A stretch of 64,000 nucleotides of DNA from the human T2T-CHM13v2.0 reference genome, Homo sapiens: the NCBI RefSeq assembly GCF_009914755.1, contig NC_060926.1; one strand, written 5' to 3'. Every line of letters begins with the position of its first letter. The stretch's first letter is position 1. Below, one piece after another: positions 31,641 to 46,606 of this stretch. The position numbers and the translations under genes were made by a program. Below the pieces are notes generated by a model. The model was not told where the DNA came from and searched no databases. It worked only from the letters and a program-made list of their open reading frames with translations.

Positions 31641-33445
31641 CGAGCTTCTTCTCTTAACTCTAGGCTGAGGCCTTTGAGAACTCATTTTAACAGAGAACGT
31701 GGAGGGCCAAGAGAACCAGATACCAGGAGGAGGAGGGATTCGAGAAATGGACAATTGTATTGTGCCCTTGATTAGGAAGCAGAAATAGAATTAGAATTCT
31801 AATTAATAGAATTAGAATAGAAATAGAAAGGGTGCCCTAGCATGGAGTACTGCAGACATAAGTTGCTGGGGAGAGGGAGCTAAACGCTCCGTTGGTGTAC
31901 AAGCACGGATTAAATTAAAATCCTCTGTGCGCATTAACCGGGTTCATAATTTCTCCTATATAGCCTATGTATTTCTCCTATGTAGCCTGCTCCCTTCTTC
32001 CTGTCGTCACAGTATCTGTTTTATCCTGTGTATTTGAATACAATAAAATGCATTACAATATTCTAGAATTCATACTACTGTTCATATTTCAAGAATAAAT
32101 TTTTTTAAAAAATTGGAGAGGTTTTTCTACATCTAAAACTGCTGGCTAAAGAAAATATACAATACCTCGACCACATCTGGCTTTGGGAAAGGAGAAATGC
32201 CTCATTAAGTGAGAGAACATTTTAGACCAGTTCCTAAAAGGGAAAAAGGGGCAATTTTTGGCCAGCCCTCTAGTTCTACAATAAACAAATGCAGAGTACC
32301 CACCTCCTTTTCCATGAAGGATTTCCCCCAGCTGTCTACCTAACGTAATTGATAACAGTGTACTGTTTGGGTCTCTTTTTCATTACTGAATTATTTCAAA
32401 TTCACTTTTTCAATCACTGTTTGGATTTTTATCTGCTTTCTTTATAGAATAACAATTCACTTATATTTGAGGGTGATTTATCCATCAAATTCACAACCAA
32501 CAATCAGGAAGCAATGGGGAAAAAGCTTCAGAGCACAGACCATACAGTAAAGATTGTGAAACCTTATGATCTCAGATCCTATTTGTTCTTATTTTAGACA
32601 AATATCTAGCAAGAGAACAGAAAGAAGCTTGCCGGAGGTATGCCTGCTGAGAGCCAGAAGTGTTTAAAGCAAAAATGTTAGTGTGTTGTGAGGTTTATAA
32701 CACATAGAAATAAAATATATCACAAATATAACACAAAGGCAGGTAGAGGAGAAATGGCAGGATACTGTTGTAAGGTTCTAATGCTATATGTGAAATGGTA
32801 TAATGTCACTTTAAGAAAGACTGTAATGAGTTAAGGATGTGTCCTCTAACCCTAAAGCAACCTCCTAAATAACACAAAGAGCTATAGTTTAAAAGCCTAT
32901 AGAGATGAAATGAAATTGTTAAAAAAAACTCTATTAATCCAAAAGAAGGCATAAAAAGAGAGGAAGGAAACAATTAGATAAAACAAATAGAGAACAAATA
33001 GCAAGATGGCAGGTTTAAACCCAATTATATCGGTTAATGTTCATTAAATATTGTCTAAATACCATAATTAAAAGGCAAAGATTGTCAAAAGGAAGACCCA
33101 GATATATGCTGCCTACCAAAAAAGAACTTTTAAATATGAAAATACAAATAAGGTAAAGGTAAAAGGATGGAAAAAGATGTTCTAGTTAACTCTAAGCAAA
33201 ATAAATCTAGAGTGACTATATTGATAGCTGACAAAGTCTATTACATAGCCAAGAACATTGCTAGGAGAAAGGACAGCCATTTCATAATGATAAAGGTGTT
33301 AGTTGGTCAAGAGGACATAATAGTCCTAACCGCGTGTGTTCCCAATAACAGAGCTTTCAAATATTTGAAGCAAAAACTGATAGAACTGTAAGGTGAAATA
33401 GGTAAGTTAATAATTATAGTTGGATATTTAAATATCCCTTTTTCA

Positions 33446-33790
33446 CCATAAAAAGAACAAGATCATGTCCTTTGTAAGGACATGGATGGAGCTGGAAGCC
33501 GTTATCCTCAGCAAACTAACACAGGAACAGAAAACCAGATGCTGCATATTCTCACTTATGAGTGGGAACTGAACAATGAGAACACATGGACACAGGGAGG
33601 GGAACAACACACACTGGGGCCTGTCGGCGGTGGGACCGAGGAAGGGAGAGCATGAAGAAAAATAAGTAATTCATGTGGGGCTTAAAACCTAGGTGATGGT
33701 TTGATAGGTGCAGTAAACCACCATGGCACACGTTTACCTATGTAACAAACCTTCACATCCTGCACGTGTACCCCAGAACTTAAAAATAAA
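33446..33790 (+). mobile_element. Nested L1PA 3' end
   Basis: catggatggagctggaagcc...aacacatggacacagggaggggaac...gtaccccagaacttaaa; imperfect TSD. Confidence 0.88.
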
Positions 33791-34780
33791 ACACCCCTCT
33801 TTCAACAATTAATACAAGTATACTGAAAATCAGTGAGGCTATAGAAGACTTGAGCAATTCTACAAACCAACTCAATCTGATTGATGTTTATAGAACACTC
33901 CACCCAACAATAGCAGAATACACATTCTTTCCAAGTGCACATGGGACATTTACCGATATAGAACATCTTAGAGCCATAAAACAAATCCCAATTTAAAAGT
34001 ATTCCTTCTAGGGCACTGATACATCAATAAATTGGATCAAATTGAGGACTTCTGCTGTTTTAAAGACACTGCTAAGACGTGCTACACACTAGGAGAAAAT
34101 GCCGATCACATAGCTGATAAAGTACGAACCAAAAATATATAAAGAAATCCAAGAACTCAATAAGAAAATACAGAACTGGATTAAAAAGTGAGTGGAAGAT
34201 TTGAACAGTCATTTCATTACAGAAGACATATTGATGGCAAATAAGATGCTCAGCATTATGAGCCACTGGGGAAATGCAAATGAAACCCCAAGCAGTTAGT
34301 ACTGCACACCTAGTGGAATGTCTGTGATTAAAAAGGCTGACCATGCTGAGTGCTGGCAAATACAGGGCATATGCAGAACTCTCACACATTGTCAGTGGGA
34401 GTGTACCATGGTGCAGCCACTTTGGACTACAGTTTCTTAAAATGTTAACTGTATACTTATCATATTAACCACCCATTCCACTTCTAGGTATTTATCCAAA
34501 AGAAATAAAAGCATATGTCCATTCAAACACTTCTACATGAACCTTCATAGCAGCTTTATTTGTAACAGCCCCAAGCTAGAAATAATTCAAATGTCTTTCA
34601 ACGGGTGAATGAACAAATTATGATTTCTCTACACAATTGAAAACTATTCAGAAATAAAAAGGAATGAACTATTAATGTATCAAATAACATGTATGAAATC
34701 CAAAATAATTATGCTGAGTGAAATAATACAGCAAGATAGAGTACGTATGTATAAATTATTCTATTTATACAAAAATCTTA

Positions 34781-35079
34781 GGCTGGGTGCGGTGGCACAT
34801 GCCTGTAATCCCAGCACTTTGAGAGACCAAAGCGGGCAGATTGCTTGAGCCCAGGAGTTCGAGACCAACCTGGGCAACATGGTGAAACCCCTTCTCTACT
34901 AAAATTACAGAAAATTAGCCAGGCATGACAGCACATGCCTATAGTCTCAGCTACTCAGGAGGCTGAGGTAGGAGGATCGCCTGAACCCAGGAGGTCAAGG
35001 CTGCAGTGAGCTATGATTGCACCACTGCAGCCTGGGCAACAGGAGTGAGACCCTGCCTCAAAAAAAAAAAAAAAAAAAA
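34781..35079 (+). mobile_element. Alu (AluJ-like)
   Basis: TSD aaaaatctt. Confidence 0.88.
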
Positions 35080-35286
35080 TCTTGAAAGTATGAGTGAATC
35101 TACACTAATAGAATCTACACTACACATGAGTGGTCATGTGGGGATGGGAAGAGGGATTACAAAGATCCATGAGGAAACTTTTAGGGATGATGCATACATT
35201 TGTTACCTTGATTGTGGCGATGTTCTCATGGGTGTATTTGTGTGTCAGAACTTATCACAATGTATACTTTTTTATTACAAAAACCA

Positions 35287-35411
35287 TTTTTTATAGAGAT
35301 GGGGTTTCACTGTGTTGCCCAGGCTGGTCTCGAATTCCTGAGCTCAAGCGATCCATCTGCCTTAGCCTCCCAAAGTGCTGGGATTACACACATGAACCAC
35401 TGCACCTGGCC
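35287..35411 (-). mobile_element. Alu monomer
   Basis: Left-arm consensus. Confidence 0.78.
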
Positions 35412-36226
35412 TATATACTTTAAATATATGCATCTTATTGTATTGCAATTATACCTCATTGGGGCTGCTTTTAAATATGTGTCGATTTAAAGAGAGGTAC
35501 TCAAAAATTAAAATTTTAAAAAATATATAGGATGCTTCTAAAGCTATATTTCACAGAAAACTATAGCCTTAAATGCTTGTGTTAAAAAATAATAAAAACT
35601 AAAAAGCAATGTGTTAAACATCTAATTCAAAAAGTTGGGGATTAAAAACCAACAGAATAAACCCCAAAAGTAGTAAGAAGACAAAGAGAAGAAACTAGTG
35701 AATAGTTCTTATCTTGGTAAAAAGAAGATACAGATATCAACTCAAAAGGTGAGAAAAAGGAGCAAACGGGCAACAAAATGAAACACTGTAAGAGGACAGA
35801 AATAAGTTAAAATGTATCAAAAATGTTAATAAATGTAAGAAGACTAAATTTGCCAATTAATCACTGAATATATCAGATTGTAAAATAATCCAGTCCAACT
35901 ATATGTTATTTTAAAGAGGTACACCTAAATTATGAAAACAGATGTAAGTTAACAATAAAAAGATGAAAAAAGATATATCAGGTAAATGCTAACAAAAATA
36001 AAGCTAGGATGGCTGTATTAATAGCAGATAAAATAGATTTTAAGGCAAAAAGCACCTAATGATACAAGGTTCAACTCACCGTGAATATACTAAATTCTAA
36101 GCGGCTATGAAATTAATAAGATTCTCAAAATGTATAAAGAAAAGAAATTGATGCAACTACTTGGGTAGACAAGAAGTGGTGAGTGAAAGTGAAATTTTAC
36201 TCTTTTTAAAAGGATTTTTTTTATAA

Positions 36227-36540
<314 letters not shown>

Positions 36541-39126
36541 AAAGCCCTTTATTGTACAAGATTTCAAGCAGGCATAGCCGAAGCAGAGAGGAGAGTAGTA
36601 ACAAAGCACCACGTATCCATCTCCCAGCTTCAACTCACAGCCTATCTTGTTTCTCACTTTTCCTTCCCCTGCCCTTTTCAACAGACATCTAGATATCAAA
36701 TCGTTTCATCTGTGAATAACTCAACATGTATCCCCAAAGGGTAAGGAATCCTTTAAAAAGAAAACACCACACCTTCATCACATTTTTAAAAAAAGTCATG
36801 TGATGTCATCGAATATCCAGTCAGTTCGTAATTCTCTGACTGTCTTACCACTTTTCAAGTTTGTTTGCTTGAGTCAGAATCAGAATTCAAATAAAGTCCA
36901 TATATTCTTATTGGTTTATATCTCTCATCAGTGTCTTTCAACATATAAGCTCTCCTTTATCTTTTTAACCTTTATTTATTTATTTATTTATATTTATTTT
37001 TTGAGACAGTCTTGTTCTGTCGCCCAGGCAGGAGTGAAGTGGTGTGATCATGGCTCACTGCAGCCTGGAACTCAAGCCATCCTCCCACCTCAACCTCCCA
37101 AAATGCTAGGATTACAGGTGTGAGCCACGGCCTCGACTTTCCTTTTCAATTTTTTGACGAAGAAACCAGATCATACGTTTGTAGATCAAAATGTCAGGTT
37201 GTCTGTTTGTGCTGTTAACAGCCATTGATGATCATTGCCCAGATCCGGTTTCATTCATTAGAAGTTGCCAAAAGGTGATGTTTTAATGACTGTTCAGTTC
37301 TTCTTAACTTATTTGCTGCAATACTTCTATAAAGAGAAACTCCCTCTCGTTATCTGTTTAACCCAACAGTTTGAATGGGAATTTTAAAAAATTATCAGTT
37401 TTAAAAAAACAAGTTAGTTTCCTAACATCCTCCAAAGGTAAATGGTATTTTATTATTCACCATTATGAACACATAGATTTAAACATATCTGATATACTTT
37501 AATCCACTGCTGTTATAATTGTTATTAATGTTCCCATCATTCCAGTAGAAGCCTCTGAAATTTGGGGGCTGAGATTTTTTTGACATGACCCTGGAAGTCT
37601 TTGAGAGCCTCCTTGCATTCTGGAATAACAAAATGTAAGTTCCTTTGGCACATTTTCTGTGCTGGGTTTGGAACCAGCTGTTTCTCCAAGGAGCCCTGGT
37701 TTCTTTAGTGGGAAAGAGTAATCAGAAAATAATCTGGCCTTAGGGGTGCTTTTTTCTTTGTTTCTTCTGGGTGGGTCATCGTTTCTAGACCTCTTCAATG
37801 GAAAGTAGTTTTCATTTTATCTTTATGCACCATGTTTTTGAAAAATATGCATAAATATATATATATTTCAAAAATTTTTAGGAGTTATCTAGATTTTAGG
37901 GCTATATGTTTTACATTAAAATATAATGTATGTTTAAAACACATATGGTATTCAACTTTATGCTTTTTATTTTAAAAATATAATAAATGTTAAAAATATA
38001 TGTGGTACCAACGTCATCCTAGTTCTCTAAAACTAAAAAATAATAATAATAATAATGCATTTCAAGACTGGTCTGAGAGTGGTCTGGTATTTCAAACAAA
38101 GCATTAAGTATCTACTATTCATCTAGCAATAAATATCTTTAAGGATACCAATAAAATAAGCAAATGAGAATTCCTGGCACTCTGTCATTTAATTTAGAGA
38201 TTTTTAAAGGAACTGATGGTTATGAAATACTTGGTATGAAGAAGACTATTTGCCTTTGTAATTAATTCCAGATAATTTGATAAGCAGCACTATTTTTTCA
38301 ATTACAAATAGCAATGTCCTAGATGCTGAGATGTGTCACTTCTTACAGCACTGGAATGAAAGATGTAAGTTACAAAGATACAAGTTATAAAAAAAAAAGT
38401 TACAATAGCATGTTACAAACACTTCTCAGCAACATGTTCCAAGAAACATTCAAGTATGGTAACATTTATGTGGGTAATTACCTGTAAAATAAGTTAAAAC
38501 ACTTTTTAATAATTTAGTTATGATGGACAGCAGAGCTTTTTTTTTCCAACCTGACTTGTAGATTGTTTCTCAATATTTATATCACCACAGGCTAATAATC
38601 TTACTTCTCTGTGTCTTATTCCCTCCTGTACAAAAGGAAATTAATACACATTCCTTATACTACCATATATTCACTACATTGTTTTTGGGAAAATTCACAT
38701 AGAATTTCAAATTCTATGTGAAATGCGTTTGCAATGACATCTTTGGAAAAGTATACATTTTTGCTTTTTTCTGCACATTCTAAAGGCTGTCATAGTATTT
38801 TTATCTTGGAACATATTTGGGGGTAGCAGGGAGGGAGTTCTGCATTTGAAAGGGCCCAATACTTAGCTAGAGTGGAAAAAGAGGGTGCTGCAGGGCTCTG
38901 ATCCTTCCTGCAGAAGGGGTGAGCCCACCTTGACAAATCTAATCTTTATATTGCAAGATCCTCTATGACAAAGTTTCCCAATCTTGTTTTACTAGTGAAC
39001 ACTTTTCATGGAAATATGTAACTACAGACCCCCTGTAGATCGTAAGTTTTGTAAGATATATGTAAAAAGGTGACTTTCAGTTAAAATCTTTTAAGAACAG
39101 GATGCTATTTTTACTCTTTAAAAAAA

Positions 39127-39703
<577 letters not shown>

Positions 39704-41621
39704 TAAATTATATTAAAAGTAATTTTAGTACCTTTATAAAGTATTATGTAAAGAAAAAAATACTGTTTTCCTAATATTAAAGACACATCACCCAATTTAA
39801 TTATGTAAGAAAAGAATGATTTGTTGACAAATGTGGAACTGCTCACTGTTCTTGTTCTCAGAAATGAGTGTGCACTGAAGTGTAGATTGAAATTTAATTA
39901 AGGTTTAGGCCTAAAAATACGCAAAAACCACTATTATGTCTTAATATTTGGAATTATTGAATTCAAATATTACAAACTTACAAGTAATGTTTTGTTACTA
40001 AACAACCTGATGACAGAATTTCAGACTGCTTTTTATTAGACATTTCATCTGAAGAATCATGTGTTACAGATGTGGATAGTTCCTCCCTCTCTCGATAAAT
40101 GAAGAGAAAATTAGAAATAATTGTCACTATATTTTGTCTTTCAAAATGTTGACTTTTTAAATACTAGGGACAGCTTAATGTTCTGTATTAGAATTTTGGT
40201 GAGAGGGAAGCCAGATCATCAGTTCACTGGTCTAATGAACGTCCTTAAATTTTTAATTTTCAAATTTTTAAGGTCCTTATTAATTTTGTGTGTTTCAATA
40301 GCACCATTTATTTTTTTCAAACCAACAGTCCATTTTGGGGATGAATTAAACATTATTTCATGAGAATGAAGACAATTTAAAAGTGTGTAGCAGTCAACCT
40401 CCACCCCTGGAAGAGAGGGATGTTCAGTGGACACACTGAGTCAGGGGTCACCTGTGTGAGTTCCTCTCTGCTAAGCCTCTCACTATGTCCACACTCAGCT
40501 GACACTGCCCTGTTTTCAAAAGTAAAACCTATTAAACTGTCATTTTATCTATTAATTATTAAAACAAGAAATGGCAGCAGATGCTATTGCTACCCTTAAA
40601 ACGCTGCCCTAAGAGAATCAGACGTATTCACCCATACACCTATGACACTATTGTACACTGTTGGTTGACCCTAACCTCTCATTTTGCATCTAAGGTCTTT
40701 TGGTGGCTGAATTACACAATTACAGAGCTGGACGGAAAGATGAGCACCATATAATTTGCCCTGTTTATTTGTTTATTTAATGATTTATTTGTGTAATTGC
40801 AAATGCCCGTAACATTTGAGAGGTTAAGTGATTTTAGTTCAAAGCCAAGTCACACATCTATTCAACGATAGAAATAGATCTAGACCCCAATTCACTTTTC
40901 TCAGATCCAGTGTCCTTCAGAGAGGAGTATTTCGTGGGACTATTGGCAACTATTTATTGGATGAATTCGAGATCACCTCTCAGAATTATAATGGCATTTC
41001 ACCCTTTACCTAATTTCCATTATGGCAGGTGTGTTGGCTTTAATGGCAGATGAATTACTGCCAGGGACTTAGCAAGAACAATTGAATACATGTCATCCAC
41101 CTTTTTACTAGAAGCATGAGGTACGCTATGATCTCATTCACCAAATCTTATGGTCAAAACAGACATACAACTGAAATTTGTAAATTGTTTTAAAAACTCA
41201 GTCTAGCCTTATATCAGACAGAACAACAGAGCAGAACTCACATTCAGGGAAATGTGCTTTGATATTTTCCTTTACTTGTTCACACACAGTTGAAGACAGA
41301 ACAGGATTGAAGCCTGGAGAAATCTTGAAATGGGTGAATTAGTCTTTGGAATCTGTCACCCCCTTTTCCTGGGGCCTTTCCTTCCTTTGTATTTCAGCTG
41401 GAATTGGTGGTGGAGCTGGTCAAGTGGTTACCAATCTGTAGTAGGCAAAACACAAAAAGGTCAACACACAGCATTCTAGTTCCCAAGCAAAAGATATTTG
41501 TACATCAATTAAGAGCAAGGTGAAAGAGAACCAACCTGTTCTCTTGACTATAGCAAATAGGTGGTGAATAAAGCTGATTTAATATAGTTTTCTCCATCTC
41601 CACACCAGGCAGCTGAGCCAG

Positions 41622-42415
41622 TGATACGGGAGTGGGGCAGGGAAGTGTTGGGTAGGGTGGGGTTTCTGGCAGGGGCTCCACTCTAGAGCCTGTACCCATG
41701 GACCTAAGTGAGGACAGGCACTCCTGTTTTCATGCCTGAATGTTTCATTTTCCAAGACCACTCTGGCTTGCCACACACCCCATCCTGTGCCCATAAAAAC
41801 CCCGAGACCCTAGCGGGCACAGACACAAGTGGCTGGATGTTGAGAGGAGAAGAGGAGCAGAAGAGCACACCAATAGGCAGCAGGCACTGGCAGGCCACGA
41901 CAGCAGGACAACGTGGAATTTGGTCAGGGGCAGTCAGAGGAGAGTCCGGCCACTGGACAGACTGACTCCAGGGGAAGACCACCTTCCCACTCCATCCCCC
42001 TTCTGGCTCCCCATCTACCTTGCTGAGAGCAACTTCCACCACTCAATAAAACCTTACACCCATCCTTCAAGCCCACGTGTGATCCGATTTTTCTGGTACA
42101 CTAGGGCAAGAGCCCGGGATACAGAAAGTCCTCTGTCTTTGTAATAAGACAGAGGGTCTAATTGAGCTGATTAACACAAGCCACTTGCAGAAGGCAAAAC
42201 TGAAAGAGCACACTATAACACATGCCCACTGGGGCTTCAGGAGCTGTAAACACTCAACCCTACATGCTGCAATGGGGTCAGACCCCAAAAATGCTCCCCA
42301 TGATCTGCCTTTGTGCATGCTCCTGCTAGGGGGTTGAGCAGTGGGGCACCAAAGAAGCAAGCCACACCCCTGTCACACACCTGGTGAGGAGGATAAGGGA
42401 ACTTTACCCATTTCA
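41622..42415 (+). mobile_element. ERV1-class solo LTR (MER50/LTR27-like group)
   Basis: TG...CA termini (tgatacggg...ccatttca), AATAAA near 42046; subfamily uncertain. Confidence 0.75.
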
Positions 42416-42486
42416 AAAGGGAGCCGGGAGAAAGGGATCCAGGACTCAGACTTCCTTTTTAATTTTTTAAGATATAATTATGCAAT

Positions 42487-43001
42487 TGTTGGGAACAAGC
42501 CCCCCAAAATCTGGCCATAAACTGGCCCCAAAACTGGCCATAAACAAAATCTCTGCAGCACTGTGACATGTTCATGATGGCCATAACGCCCAAGCTGGAA
42601 GGTTGTGGGTTTACAGGAACGAGCGCAAGGAACACCTGGCCCCCGCTCAGGGCAGAAAACTGCTTAAAGGCATTCTTAAGCGACAAACAATAGCACGAGC
42701 GATCTGTGCCTTAAGGACATGCTCCTGCTGCAGTTAACTAGCCCAACCTATTCCTTTAATTCGGCCCATCCCTTCGTTTCCCATAAGGGATACTTTTAGT
42801 TAATTGAATATCTATAGAAACAATGCTAATGACTGGCTTGCTGTTAATAAATACGTGGGTAAATCTCTGTTTGGGGCTCTCCGTTGTGAAGGCTGTGAGA
42901 CCCCTGATTTCCCACTTCACACCTCTATATTTCTGTGTGTGCGTCTTTAATTCCTCCAGCGCCGCTGGGTTAGAGTCTCCCCGACCGAGCTGGTCTCGGC
43001 A
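42487..43001 (+). mobile_element. MER9 solo LTR (HERV-K HML-3)
   Basis: tgttgggaacaagccccccaaaatctggcc...gagctggtctcggca; perfect 6-bp TSD tgcaat. Confidence 0.92.
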
Positions 43002-44199
43002 TGCAATCACACCAAACGAGCAACAAAACAAAGGCTGAGTATATGAAAGAATTTAGTACTATAATCAAACCAAATTTACAGCAAAGTTAATGTGATAGCT
43101 ATTTAACAATACAAATAAGCATAGTTATCCTCAAATGCTAGAAAAACGAGTGTAATGTACGATAATTAGGATGGATAGTGAGAGTTCATACTAATAGCAC
43201 CAATATAACAAATTAATGGAAATTTGAATTTCCTGGGTCAATTGAGGAAAAGCGGAGTGAGCAGAGGAAGAAGCCACTCTGAGTCTCTTCTGAAAATCTA
43301 TGGAGCCGTAACCCTGGGGATCCCAGGGTGCTCTGCCTTGTTGGTTAGGTTACCTTCATCCTGTATTTTCTGGAGACCAAGGGCTATGAACTGTCCTGTC
43401 CACTCCCCCTCCCTGGGGCCTGGCTTTATGGTACAGAAGAGTAGAGTGACTCACAGCATTACTACCAAAGTGAGGTAGTACTTCAATCTATGATGAGTAT
43501 GTAAACAGAGGGTAGGCACTTAGAAACCTCTGCAGCAATGTGACACGGTGACACTGTTGGGCTATCTAAGCCCTGGATTTCTCAGGGAGCAGGGTATCGA
43601 CAAGTTTAGTGTTGTCAAGCCCTCAAGGTAAGCCTGCTGCACAGCAGGACCACAATACAACGTGTGATATTTGCCAAATGTATCCTACAAGTGTATAAAA
43701 TGCTGAGAAAATGTAAACATTTATTTTATTTTATAATTGTTATTTATTATAATTATAATTTTCACAAAGTAATTTTTAAAAATTTCTGGTTTACTGTTAT
43801 AAGCTAAAACAGGGAAGTAAAATCTGTATTATTTATTTGAAACTCTGATTTACAGATTGATAAACAAGCTTCTCTGGACTATTTTGTCAAGAGAAGACAC
43901 AGGTTTTCCGCATGCATCTGTAGACATGAAACAGTAAAGCTCATGATGATGACGTAAGTGATATGAGGAAGTAAAGACCAAAAATTAGCTTCAATTTTCC
44001 TCATAAGTGTGATTTCTCACATATTGAGTTTGGATTTGTGGCTGTGATTGATGGTGAAAGGCTCAAACCACAGTGTGTTATTTGCAGAGACATCCTGGCT
44101 AGTGAAACAATGAAGTCATCAAAGCCTAATGGCATTTACAATTAACCATAAAGAATTAAAAGCCAAAACTGAAATAACCCCTTAAGAGAAGGATTATTC

Positions 44200-44457
44200 T
44201 GAGGCAGGCAGATCACTCAAGGTCAAGAGTTTGAGACCAACCTGGCCAACATATAGTGAAATCCCGTCTCTACTAAAAAATACAAAAATTAGCTGGATGT
44301 GGTGGTACAGCCTCTAGTCCCAGATACCTGGGAAGCTGAGGCAGGAGAATCACTTGATTCCAGGAGGCGGATGTTTCAGTGAGCCAAGATTGCACCACTG
44401 CACTCCAGCCTGAGCAACAGAGTGAGACTCCATCTCTCAAAAAAAAAAAAAAAAAAA
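44200..44457 (+). mobile_element. 5'-truncated Alu followed by (GA)n
   Basis: Alu consensus. Confidence 0.88.
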
Positions 44458-44592
44458 GAGAGAGAGAGAGAGAAGGATGATTGAGTAGCATAAAAGCTGA
44501 CAGAAGAAACATTTAATATTTTACATATGACATGAGTGCCCCAAGCACATCTTACAAAGTAATACTTTGAAACACTAAGAAAAAAGATATAG

Positions 44593-44600
44593 ATACATAC

Positions 44601-44634
<34 letters not shown>

Positions 44635-44640
44635 TACATT
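44593..44640. repeat. (CA)n microsatellite
   Basis: Direct reading. Confidence 0.9.
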
Positions 44641-45422
44641 AGTGGAAAACTGCATCAAAGATGTTTGTTTAAAATGTTGAGTGAATCTGAGGCAAAGAGA
44701 ATAAATAGCTCAAGAACCACTTCCCAATGACATGTAGCTCAAAGGATTGAAGAACTGGCTAACGTTATGAAAAACCACCTTACAGAACAGATGAAACTAG
44801 CAAAGCATTGTTTATTGAAACTTGATGAATGCACAGATATTATTAATGTGGCAATTATTTCAGTATAATTTGAACAGTGTGTTGATGTGGAGAATCCCTT
44901 ATTACAACCTTATTGCCAACAAACAACGAGTTCTGAATAGTATACAGGTAGGAAGAACTGCATGAGAAGAATTACAGCAAAGTGTTTGGATTTTAGGTTT
45001 TGTGTAGACATGTGTTCTGTTGGTGAAGCTGCAATGATAGGAAAACATTCTGGAGTTGTCAGATTAAGCACTTGTACCAGAATGTAAAATAATGCACCAC
45101 TGCTTTCACGGAGAAACGCTTGCTCTGAAAACAAGTCAGCTCAACTAGAGTGACATAGTATAAATAGTAAAATGTGTTAAACTCAAGATTTTTTTTTAAT
45201 TGTGTGAAACCATGACAGCTGATCACAAATAACTATTATTATTGCTCTTGAGATATTTCAAAGAAAAAAGTTCTGTTGAGAATGTTTGAACTTCAAAATG
45301 AATGCTTAGGCTCCTGCAATATAAGAAACAAGTTCAATCCCACTTTTTAAATATGTAAATTGGACAGTCAGACTTGTTCATTTGTCTGGTATTATTTTTA
45401 ATTGTCTTAATAATATAGCAGC

Positions 45423-46070
45423 TATTAAGAAATTATTTTTAGGCAGCTAGAAAGGGCAAAAGAGTTCTTGGTGGAATATTCCTTTAATAAAAAGCAGCCC
45501 CCAAACCATTTCTTCTTTAACAGAAAGCAGCCTGAAAGGTCAGGCCGCAAGCATAGATATACAAACCAGGAGCTTTCAGCTTCATATGTCAATGCCGGCA
45601 GCTGTACCTGCATCGAGGTACATTCAATATGGCATTTTCCACTCTCTTTTCCTTGTCACCTTGTGTGCGAGTGTCATGGAACTGTCCAGGTAAAACCACA
45701 TGTGCAGGTGTTATGGCAACTGCGAGGTAGAAGCCACATTTGCATAATAAAAGATTAGGTTGGGAGGGCCAGTCTTTTCTCCGGCTAGGTAAAGGGCACA
45801 CCTGGTCAAACCAACCTCCTGGGCCCTATCTAAATCAATCACTGCCTCCTTAAGCCTCTGTACAAAATCAGTTGCGTTCTGCCCCAAACCGTAGACCCTA
45901 TCTTGGACGACCCACTTTCTCAGCATGAGGAAGCTGTCTTTCTCTCTCTTCTTTTTTGTCTATTAAATTTTCCACCCCTAAACCCACTCCTCATGTGTGT
46001 CTGTGTCCTGAAATCTTTCTCTGTGTGAGACAAAGAACCACGGGTAACTCCCCAGACAAGAGTCATTTCA
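45423..46070 (+). mobile_element. ERV1 MER4-group solo LTR nested in the Charlie element
   Basis: aataaaaagcagcccccaaaccatt...tattaaa...cccagacaagagtcatttca. Confidence 0.7.
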
Positions 46071-46293
46071 TTAATACGTCCACTCAAGGAAGGAGTGCAA
46101 CATGTTTCTCAATTTCAGATAAGATGGAGGGCAAAAGAGAAAGTTGGAAGCATGGAGGAGCAGAGCTTCTACAGATTGTTAGAACATGCATGAGCTAACC
46201 TCAATGATAAATTATTTAGGTGATGCTCTTGATATTGCATAGCTGTAAAAAGTTATCATCACACTTTTTATACATTTGATACAATGCTTTGAA

Positions 46294-46606
46294 TTTTTTT
46301 TTTGAGACAATTTTGAGACAACGTCTTGCTCTGTTCCTTGGGCTGGAAGGCTGGAACACAGTGGCACGATCGTAGCTCACTGCGCTTGAACTCCTGGGCT
46401 CAAGCAATCCTCCTGCCTCAGCCTTCTGAGTAGCTGGGACTATAGGCCGGCACCACCACACCCTGATAATTTTTATTTTTTGTAGAGATGGGGGTCTCAC
46501 TATATTGTCCAGACTGGTCTTGAACTTCTGGCTTTAAGTGATCCTCCTGCCTCGGCCTCCCTCCTACCTCGGCTGGTATCAAAAGCATAAGCCATTGTGC
46601 CCAGCC
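46294..46606 (-). mobile_element. Alu (AluJ-like)
   Basis: Diverged dimeric Alu. Confidence 0.85.

Larger units (their letters stand above)
32670..35270 (+). mobile_element. Old L1 (decayed ORF2 endonuclease region plus 3' end) with nested insertions
   Basis: ORF 33167..33391 resembles the L1 ORF2 EN domain (VTILIADK...HFIMIK...NNRAFKYLKQKL). Confidence 0.8.

Noticed and set aside
32008-32030. agtatctgttttatc resembling internal U2 sequence
   Set aside because: Too short, no TSD, likely chance
33167-33391. Endonuclease-like ORF
   Set aside because: Degenerate L1 ORF2 fragment
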